The position numbers were made by a program, and so were the translations under genes. The notes under the pieces were generated by a model, which ran no database searches, was not told where the DNA came from, and saw nothing but the letters and a program-made list of their open reading frames with translations. From contig PS015145.1 in NCBI GenBank assembly GCA_048213135.1, positions 31,791 through 88,456 of the forward strand: 56,666 nucleotides of DNA, written 5' to 3'. Positions 24,812-35,014 of the stretch are shown here, piece after piece (position 1 is the first letter of the stretch; each line of letters starts with the position of its first letter). This stretch comes from Reclinomonas americana ATCC 50394 (taxonomy: Eukaryota).

Positions 24812-27800
24812 ATGGCACTGCTGACAGACGAGGAGTTGCGTATGAGCTCACACCTCCTACTTCTCCACACTCCTCCTCTCACATGCCTTGTGCCCCAGAT
24901 CGAACTGCGTGCGCGCCATGAAAGCAGTACGTGGCGTGGCTGCTCGTGCGCTGCGTGCATTGGTGGAACAAGAGCTGCCTGTGTTTGTGCGGCGATGCGC
25001 GGAGGAGACGGAGGCGTCGGGAGCGGGGAAGGTGGAGTTGATGAGGGAGTGGATGAAGAAGCAGGTCAACAAACGAGATGCACGGTGTGTGTCTTGTCCA
25101 ACTTCCACTCCTCTCCTTTGCCTCCATGCTGATGCCGGGTGTCACACAGCACTGCGCCAGCGGGATCTGACCGCGAGCGAGTGTTGTGCTATGACTCATC
25201 GCGTGCTGCCATGGACGAGTGGCAGCGAGCGTTGGATGCTGGCGAGCCTGCTCCCTCGTGCCAGGCGTTTGACATTACGTGGCTCACGTCGGTGTTGCTG
25301 AACGCACGCTGGGCGCTGAGGGTGGACGCCGCTGCGCACGAGGTGCGACATCTGATCTCCGACGCAACGCAGGTGTGCGGATAAATGCATGCTTTTCCCT
25401 GCTCCTCGTCTGCCTTCTCTCTCACCTCTCAGTGCAGCGCGAGGCGATCGGCGGCCTGCGTGAGTTGCGCAACGAGCTCATGCATGGTGCAGACATGAGG
25501 CTCTCCGCAGAAGGGTTGCGCCAGCTGCTGGGAGACGAGAGCAAAGATGGACAAGTCGCTGTGCTGTTGCGACAAGCCGGCGTTCCGCAGCTGGACACCT
25601 TCTTGCGAGATATTGATGCCGTTCGCCGCGGTGCGTGTGAGCAAGAGCGTGCATGCATGTGTGTGAAGAGAATGATGCTCATCAGTATGGGTTTTTGTTT
25701 GCCTCACGTGCAGCCGCGGCGCCTGTCGGCAACCCAATCACCTTCTGCAACGTGGGTCAGCTGGACGGATTCCCGTTTCCCAGTCGTGTTGTCGAGGCCG
25801 AGCGACTCGCCGAGCGACTGCTGGAGTGTGATGCTGGTGAGTAGATGTGGTTTTCGTTTTCTCATTCTCTCTCTCTCTCTCTCTCTCTCGCACTCATCCA
25901 CTCTCTCTCTCTCCCTCACAGGTGACACGCCCGGAATCCTTGTGCTCTCTGGTGAAGGAGGAAGCGGGAAGACCACACTAGCGGAGCTGGTGGTGTCGGA
26001 GATGGAGCGCAGGAAGTGGCGTGGCTCTGCACTGTACTCGGATATGCGCGGTCACACAGCTGATGCTCATCGCTTCACGTCGGTGAGTGAGCAGAGAGTG
26101 GATTTTCTTGAGTGCAATGATGTGTTGATCGTGGTGATGCAGACAATGGAGGTGCTCGGGAATGGACTGCGGGGATTCGCGCACGCCATGATGCCAGTGC
26201 AGTCCGATGCATAGCTGCTGGCCCAGATTGATGCGTGGGAGCGGAGCGAAGATGTGGACGCGCTGCGCAGCCGTTTGAGTGACTTGATGCATGACAGTCA
26301 CTGCGTGCTGTTGCTTGACAATGTCGGCAGCGGAGATCAAGTGCTGGCAGTTATGCGGGCGGAAGGCGCGCGCAGTCGAGTTCGTTCAGGTGTGTGCATG
26401 TATGGGCGAGCTGAGTAGATCTAGATCACCCTGTGGCTCACTATCGCGCGCATCTGCTGTGTACAGGCGTCTGCCGGATGACGGCGCCAATGACAATTGT
26501 AACAACTCGATTCAGTCGGGTAGCTGAGCAGCTGAAGCAATCGCCGTTGTTGAGCTCGGTGACGGTGTTGCATGTGGCCGTGGGTGATGTGGAACTGGAG
26601 GATGTGGCCAAGTATGTACGTCAGCAAATCGATGCACCTGAGGAGATCTGTAACGAGGTCACACAGGCGACGGTAGCGAAGCCGCAGGCATTTCGTGTTG
26701 CCATGTGTCTAAGGTACGCTCTCGCGCATAGCGCTTCTCTCACCGCTTAACGAGTGACTGGGGGATGACACACGCAGTATGCTTGCACGAGAGTCGCTGG
26801 AAACACTTGCCGGTGATGAGTTGCATGGACGACTTGCGGCGACTCGAGCGCTCGCACTGGAGGAGCTAATGAGCAAGAATTTGGCGGAGTGTTCGCCGCT
26901 GATGCGACGTGTGCTGGTGCTGGTGGCGGCTTTGCAGCAGATGCGCGTGCATGCGACGAGTCGCACGGTGTCACTGCTGACCCTGGCGATGAGCGCTGGC
27001 GGAAGCAATGGGGAGTACGGTAGTCAGGATGAGAAAGTAAGGGAAGCACTAGAATGGCTTCGTCGGTCAATGCTGTTGCAGGCCAGGGTGTCACATTCGT
27101 GTGATGCATTGTGCCAAATGATGTCTGGTGATGACTTTGTGGTCTCGCCCTCGAGGGTGGAGTACGGAGTTCACGATCTATTGATGGAATGGATCGTTAC
27201 GCGAAATCGAGAGAGTGAGCTGCTCGAGTGGAGAGATATTGTGGCTGACGCGATTCTGAGTGGCGTGAGCCGTTGCGAAGCTGGAGTTATCAGCGACGCG
27301 ACACTTGCCGACATTCGTCCATGTTTACAAGTGCTGTGGAGTGATCTGTTGCCGATGATGACGCGACGATGGGTATGGAACGCAGTGCCAGTTGACATAC
27401 TGGAGGCGTGGCTCACCGGTGTTCTTGTCCTTGCTCAACTTGTGGAGAGACGACTTCCAGTCGGCGAGTTTGGCGCCAATGTGGCGGTGGAATGTGCCGG
27501 ATGGCTGCGTGAGCAATCTCTCAGTGGAATGGATCGGAGTTTGTTGCACCTGAGAACACGGTGTGTGGCAGCGCTGTTGATTAGTGCGCGTCGCGACAGT
27601 GACGCCGCCGAGTATTTGGAGGGGTATCTGTCGACCGTGGTGTCCACGGACGATGAAAATACGATAGCAGTAATCCGACATCTGTACGCAGACTGTCTGC
27701 GAAGCACAGGCAAACTAACTGAAGGCGAGCGGCTGTACCGGCAGGTACTTGCACAGAAACGTGAGTTTCTGGGCGACAGGCATCGAGACACGTTGGCTGT

Positions 27801-29658
27801 CATGAACGATCTTGCCAAATGCACGCAGGCGACCGGCAATCTCGACGAAGCCGAACGACTGTACTGGGAGGTATTGGAGTTGAGACGAGAGGTGCTTGGT
27901 GCCAGACATTTAGACTCGTTAGCTGTCATGAACAATCTTGCCGACTGCATCCAGGGGGGCGGCAATCTTGCTGAAGCCGGGCGACTGTACTGGGATGTTT
28001 TGGAGTTGAGACGAGAGGTGCTTGGCGCCAGACATCCAGACACGTTGACTGTTATGAACAATCTCGCCGACTGCGTTCAGAAGAGCGGCAGTCTCGCCGA
28101 AGCCGAGCGACTGTACCGTGAGGCGTTGGCGCTGAGACGTGATGTGCTTGGTGACAAGCATCCGCTCACACTTATGTCCGTGAACAATCTCGCCATGTGC
28201 ATTCATGAGAGTGGGAACCTCTCTGAAGCCGAGCGACTGTTTCGAGAGGTTCTGATGGTTAGGCGAGAGGTGCTTGGTGACAGACATCCAGACACGCTGG
28301 CGTCCATGAACAATCTTGCCAACTGCATACAGGAGAGAGGCAGTTCGGTTGAAGCCGAACGCCTCTTTCAAGAGGTGTTGGTGCTGCGACGGGAGGTGCT
28401 TACTGACAAGCACCCCGACACTTTGTCTTCCATGGCCAATATCGCCATGTGCGTCCAGTCCAGCGGCAACTTCGACGGAGCCGAGCCATTGCATCAGGAT
28501 GTGTTGGCGTTGAGACGTCAAGTGCTTGGTGACAGGCATCCAGACACGCTTATGTCTATTAACAATCTCGCCGACTGCGTCCAGAAGAGGGGCATTCTCG
28601 CCGAAGCCGAGCGATTGCATCGGGAGGTGCTGGCGTTGAGGCGCGAGGTGCTTGGCGAAAGGCATCCGAGCACGCTGGCATCTATGAGTGGGCTTGCCAA
28701 CTGCATCCAGACGAGTGGCAATCTCTTCGAAGCCGAGCGATTGCATCGGGAGGTGTTGGCGTTGAGACGCGAGGTGCTCGGCAAAAGGCATCCAGACACG
28801 CTGGCATCTATAAGTGGGCTTGCCAAGTGCATCATGGACAACGGCAATCTCGCCGAAGCCGAGCGACTGTATCAGGAGGTGTTGGTGTTGCAACGGGAGG
28901 TGCATGGTGACAGGCACTCAGACACGCTGGCGTCCATGAACTACCTCGCCGTGTGCATGCAGTCCAGTGGCAATCTCGTCGAAGCCGAACGACTGCATCA
29001 CGAGGCGTTGGTGTTGCAGCGTGAGGTGCTTGGTGACAGACATCCTCTCACGCTTTCGTCCATGAACAATCTCGCCATCTGCATCAAGGACAGCGGCAAT
29101 CTCTCCGAAGCCGAGCAACTGTGCCGTGAGGTGTTGGCGTTAAGACGTGAGGTTCTGGGCGCAAGGCATCCAGACACGCTGGCATCCATGAGCACTCTCG
29201 CCATGTGCATCAATGAGAGCGGCAATCTCGCTGAAGCTGAACGACTGTGTCGTGAGGTGTTGGTGTTGCAGCGTGAGGTGCTTGGTGACAGGCATTCAGA
29301 CACGCTGGCGTCCATGAACAATCTCGCATTGTGCATCCAGGCGAGCGGCAGCGCTAGCCTCGCAGAAGCCGAGCGACTCTTTCAGGAGGTTTTGGCGTTG
29401 AGAAGTGAGGTTCTGGGCGCAAGGCATCCAGACTCGCTGACGTCCATGAGCAACCTTGCCATGTGCATCAAGGCAAGCGGTAATCTCGCCGAAGCCGAGC
29501 GACTGCTTCGGGAGGTGTTGGCGTTGCGGCGTGCAGTGCTTGGTGACGCGCACCCAGACACACAGGTGTCGGTCAATAATCTTCGCACAATTGAGCAACA
29601 GCGTCAAGTCTCACAAGGGTGCTCTCTTACACGAACACGCACTTGCGTTTTCCTGTAA
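24812..29658 (+). pseudogene. NLR-like gene copy 1: DZIP3-type HEPN + NB-ARC-type NTPase + ~15 TPR + CaaX, with in-frame TAG at 26212
   Basis: MALLTDEE|SNCVRAMKAVRGVAARALRALVE, FDITWLTSVLLN, LRELRNELMHG (25468-25485), Walker A GEGGSGKT (25951-25974), Walker B VLLLDNV, IVTTR, VHDLL (27169), 126-bp repeats, and C-terminal CVFL*. TAG at 26212-26214 aligns with CAG in copy 2, so coding status is uncertain. Confidence 0.75.
27712..29590 (+). repeat. Coding tandem array of ~15 x 126 bp (42-aa kinesin-light-chain-type TPR)
   Basis: Consensus [42 protein letters not shown]; no introns in the array. Confidence 0.95.
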
Positions 29659-30297
29659 GTTTGGCTCCACACGGCTCACGGAGTGATTCTGAAGGCTTGT
29701 CATGAACATATGACTTTTTGATGATTGTGATTCGTTTTTTTCGTTTACTTCCCAAGTCCGCATTCAAGGCTGACGGTGAGAAAATCGAAAGTCAGCAGCA
29801 GTAGCTCGACATAGTCACCGACGATGACAACGCATACGACCAACTGCAACTCAATGTGAACTGCATGCGCCCATTCAACATTTGCGCCGCAGCGAGCGCT
29901 ACAGTAGTAGCATGCCGCGCAGCGCTGCTGATATGTGCTTGACCGACTGCACGCCATGCTCTCTATTGTTCAACCTCATAATCAGTGACGCCTCCACTGC
30001 TCTGCTTGTTTCACGAGCACGCTCCTGGCTCCCTGGCGTCGGCCTTCTCCGACGACGTCGACTGTTGTACGTTTCGTCGCTTGCGCTGTCGAGGCTCATT
30101 TCGAGGAGACTTACGACTGCATAGAGGCACTTTAACGAATTCTGCACAGCTGGCGTGCTATCAACAAGCAGACAAGCAGACCAGGAGCGTCCTGTCCGCA
30201 CCTGCCTGGCTTGTTTTTCCGGCAAATCTGGCGCATGCGCAGCGCTGCGCGCGTGTCGTCAGACGGACAGCTGCTGTCAGCTTGATAGAATTCACTC

Positions 30298-33200
30298 ATG
30301 GCGTTGCTGACTGACGAGGAGTTGTGTAGTCATCCTCTTTCTCCGCACACCACCTCCTCTCACTTCCCTTGTGCCCCAGATCGAACTGCGTGCGCGCCAT
30401 TAAAGCCGTGCGTGGCGTGGCTGCTCATGCGCTGCGTGCGCTGGTGGAACAAGAGCTGCCTGTGTTTGTGCGGCTATGTGCGGAGCAAACAGAGGCGTCG
30501 GGAGCGGGGAAGGTGGAGTTGATGAGAGAGTGGATGAAGAAGCAGGTCACCAAACGAGATGCGCGGTGTGTGTCTTGTCCAAATTCCGCTCTTCTCCTTG
30601 GCCTCCATGCTGATGCCGAGTGTCGCGCAGCACTGCGCCTGTGGGATCAGACCGCGAGCGAGTATTGTGCTATGACTCGTCGTGTGTTGCCATGGACGAG
30701 TGGCAGCGTGCGTTGGATGCCGGCGAGCCTGCTCCCTCGTGCCAAGCGTTTGATATTACGTGGCTCACGTCGGTGTTGCTGAACGCACGCTGGGCGCTGA
30801 GGGTGGACGCCGCTGCGCACGAGGTGCGGCATCTGATCTCCGACACAGCGCAGGTGTGCTGATAAATGTATGCCTTCCTCCCTCTCTCGTTCTCATCTCT
30901 CGGTGCAGCGCGAGGCGATCGGCGGACTGCGTGAGTTGCGCAACGAGCTGATGCATGGTGCAGATATGCGGCTGTCCGCAGAAGGACTGCGCCAGCTGTT
31001 GGGAGACGAGAGCAAAGACGGACAGGTCGCTGTGTTGTTGCAACAAGCTGGCGTTCCGCAGCTGGACACCTTCTTGCGAGAGATTGATGCTGTTCGTCGT
31101 GGTGCGTGTGAGTAGGAGCGTGCATGCATGTGTGTGAAGAGAGTGACGCTCATCAGTATGGGTTGTTGTTTCTGACACGCAGCCGCGGCGCCTGTCGGCA
31201 AGCCAATCACGTTCAGCAACGTGGGTCAGCTGGACGGATTCCCGTTTCCCAGTCGTGTTGCCGAGGCCGAGCGACTCGCCGAGCGCCTGCTGGAGTGTGA
31301 TGCTGGTGAGTGGATGTGGGTTCTCATTTCTTTATTCTCCCTCGCACTCATCCACTCTCTCTCTCTCTCCCTCGCAGGTGACACACCCGGAATCATTGTG
31401 CTCTCTGGCGAAGGAGGTAGTGGCAAGACCACACTGGCGGAGCTGGTGATCTCGGAGATGGAACGCAGGAAGTGGCGTGGCTCTGCGCTGTACTCGGATA
31501 TGCGCGGTCACACTGCCGATGCTCGTCAATTCACGTCGGTGAGTGAGGAGAGAGTGCGAGTGCGGCCACAGGGTTGTTGATCATGGCGATGCAGACAATG
31601 GAGGTGCTCGGGAACGGACTGCGGGGATTCGCGCACGCCATGATGCCGGTGCAATCGAACGCTCAGCTGCTGGCCCAGATTGATGCGTGGCAGAGGAGCG
31701 AAGATGTGGATGCGCTGCGCAGCCGTTTGAGTGACTTGATGCACGACAGTCACGGTGCGCTGTTGCTTGACAATGTCGGCAGCGGAGATCAAGTGCTGGC
31801 AGTTCTGCGGGCGGCAGGCGCGGGCAGTCGAGTACGTTCAGGTGTGTGCGTGTATGGGTGAGCTGAGTAGATCACCCTCTGGCTCACTTTCCCGTCTGCT
31901 GAGTACAGGCATGACAGCACCAATGACAATCGTGACCAGTCGATTCAGTCGAGTAGCCGAGCAGCTGAAGCAATCGCCGCTGCTGAGCTCGGTGACGGTG
32001 GTGCATGTGTCGATGGGTGACGTGGACAGGGAGGACGTGGCCGATGCCGAGCGACTGTATCGGGAGGCGTTGGAATCGAAGCGTGCGGTACTTGGTGACA
32101 GACACCCAGATGCGCTGGCGTCCATGAGCAATCTCGCCAGCTGCCTCAAGGCAAGCGGCAATCTCACCGAAGCTGAGCGACTGTTCGGAGAGGTGCTGGC
32201 GCTGAGGCGTGAGGTGCTAGGCGAGAAGCACGCAGACACGCTGGCATCAGTGAGCAATCTCGCGAACTGTATGCTGGCGAGCGGCGTTGTTACCGAAGCT
32301 GAGCAACTGCATCGGCAGGTGCTCGCATTGAGGCGCGAGGTACTTGGTGACAGACATCCGTCTACGCTGGCATCCATGAGCGATCTCGCCGTCTGCATGC
32401 AGGCGAGCGGCGATCTCTCGGAAGGCGAGCGACTGTATCGAGAGGTGCTGGCACTGAGGCGTGCGGTTCTGGGAGACAGGCATTCGGACACGCTGTCTTC
32501 CATGAACAATCTCGCCAGTTGTTTGTTGGCAAGCGGCAACCCGACTGAAGCCGAACAGTTGTATCGCGAAGCTTTGACGTTGAGGCGTGACAAGCTCGGC
32601 GACAAGCATCCGGACACGGTGACTTCTATGAGCAGTCTCGCCAGCTGCATGCAAGCGAGCGGCAAATTTGCTGAAGCCAAGCAACTTTATCAAGAGGTTG
32701 TGGTGCTGAGGCGCGAGGTTCTCGGTGCCAGAGATCCCGACACGCTGACATCGATGAGCAATGTTGCTACTTGCGTCCACGCCAGTGGCAATGTTGTCGA
32801 CGCCGAGCGACTGTACCGGGAGGTGCTGGAACTGAGGAGGGAGGTGCTTGGTGTCAGGCATCCACGCACAGTGTCGTCCACGTACGATCTCGCCACCTGC
32901 ATCGAGGCCAGCGGCAACCTCACTGAAGCAGAGCGACTGTATCGAGAGGTGTTGGCATGGAGGATAGAGGTGCTGGGTGCCAGGCGACCAGACACGTTGA
33001 CTGTCATGAGTGATCTTGCCCGGTGCACGCAGATGAGCGGCAATCTCGTCGAAGCTGAACGCCTTTTCCACGAGGTGTTGGTGCTGCGACGGGAGGTGTT
33101 TGGTGACCAGCACCCCGACACGCTGACGTCCATGGCCAATGTCGCCAAGTGCATGCAGGCCAGCGGCAATCTCTCCGAAGCCGAGCAACTGCATCGAGAA

Positions 33201-34457
33201 GTGCTGGCGCTGAGGAGAGAAGTGCTTGGCGAGAGACACCCAGACACGCTGGCGTCCATGAACGATCTCGCCAACTGCACGCAGGCAAGCGGTATCGTCA
33301 CCGATGCAGAGCGTCTGTATCGGGAGGTGCTGGCGCTGAGACGCGAAGTGCTCGGCGACAGGCACCCCGAGTCTCTGTTGTCCATGAGCGACCTCGCCAG
33401 CTGCATGCAGGCGAGTGGCGACCTCGCCGAGGCGGAGCGACTGCACCGAGAGGTGTTGGCGTTGAGGCGTGAGGTGCTTGGCGACCGGCATCCGAGCACG
33501 TTGACGTCCATGGCCAGTGTCGCCAAGTGCATGCAGGCCAGCGGCAATCTCGCCGAGGCCGAGCGATTGTTTCGAGAGGTGTTGGCACCGAGACGCGAGG
33601 TTCTCGGCGACAGGCACCCCGACACGCTGGCATCGCTGAACAGTCTCGCCAGCTGCCTGCAGGAGAGCGGCAAGCTCGTCGAAACCGAGCAATTGCTTCG
33701 GGAGGTGTTGACGTTACGACGGAGCTCGCTTGGCGACAGAAACCCGGACACGCTTACGTCTGTAAGTAGTCTCGCCACGTGCGTGCAGGCAAGCGGCAAT
33801 CTCACCGAAGCCGAGCGACTGCACCGGGAGGTGTTGGTGCTGCGACGGGAGGTTCTTGGTGCCAGGCATCCGCACACGCTTCTGTCGATGGCCAGTCTCG
33901 CCAGGTGCTTACAGGTCGGCGGCAATCTTGCCGAAGCCGAGCGACTGTATTGGGAGGTGTTGGCATTGCAGCGTCAAGTGTTTGGTGACAGGCACCCACT
34001 CACGGTGACGTCCTTGAGCAACCTCGCCATGTGTGTTCAGGCCAACGGCAACGTCTTCGAAGCCGAGCGGCTGTACTGGGACGCGTTGACGTTGCAGCGG
34101 CAGTTGCTTGGCGACAGGCACGCTGACACGCTGTCGACCATGAACAATATCGCCAACTGCATGCAAGCGAGCGGCAATCTGGAGGAGGCCGAGCGACTGT
34201 ATCGGGAGGTGTTGGCATTGCGGCGGGAAGTGCTTGGTGACCGACACCCAGCGACGCTGAACAGCCTCGCCAGTTGTCTGCAAGAGAGCGGCAATCTCGC
34301 CGAAGCCGAACGACTGTATCGCGAGGTGCTGGCGCTGCAACGTGAGATGCACGGCGACACGCACCCGGACACACAGCAGGCGCTGCACAACTTGCGTGCA
34401 GTTGAGCGACAGCAGCGCAGCGCACAGCGATGCTTGCGCAAGTGCGTTCTCCTCTGA
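30298..34457 (+). CDS. NLR-like gene copy 2: HEPN + NB core (helical/winged-helix part absent) + ~19 TPR + CaaX
   Basis: Same exon/intron layout as copy 1. RNELMH at 30939-30956, GEGGSGKT at 31407-31430, ALLLDNV and IVTSR. The frame then runs directly from EDVA into DAERLYRE (32042/32043) and ends RCLRKCVLL* (TGA 34455-34457). Confidence 0.85.
32043..34395 (+). repeat. Coding tandem array of ~19 x 126 bp (42-aa TPR)
   Basis: Same consensus as copy 1; unit 18 is 3 aa short (HPATLNSLA). Confidence 0.95.
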
Positions 34458-34624
34458 TCGGAAAATATTAATGTTAAGCCAGTGAATTACGAGACGCGAT
34501 CGCCTATCTCTCGTAGATTGCTGTTTGGCATGCTTCGATATCTTTTCCCTTTGCAAGCAATCAGACACACATGAACATCGATGCTTGTTCGGAGCACTAA
34601 ACTCCGCACAGTTTCTCTCGGGCA

Positions 34625-34809
34625 ATGGCGGCGCCCGCTGCCTCACGTTGCGACACACACTCACTCACTCACTCTCACTCTCACTCAGAGTCTTCTCACA
34701 CGAGCGATTCTCCACAGCATGCGTCGACATTGGCGAAGCACCGCGCGCAGTCATTGGCAAGCGCCCTCATCGCGCCTACGTGCACAATCGCGCCTCAGAT
34801 GCCGAGGTA

Positions 34810-34842
<33 letters not shown>

Positions 34843-34925
34843 AGAGCGCGCGAAGAAGGAGTAGCCTTAAGTGCCGCCTAATCTCTTGTTGCATTCACCC
34901 GCTCTCTCTCTCACTAACTCACTTC

Positions 34926-35014
<89 letters not shown>

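Noticed and set aside
26212-26214. TAG reassigned to Gln (ciliate-type code)
   Set aside because: Other genes end plausibly at TAA/TAG (7020, 19664, 29658, 38644), and I saw no other in-frame TAR codons in conserved exons. A single C-to-T change explains it.
27435-34664. Long antisense ORFs over the TPR arrays (e.g. 32247-33692, 32690-33925, 27919-28917)
   Set aside because: Shadow ORFs produced by repetitive GC-rich coding sequence on the opposite strand.
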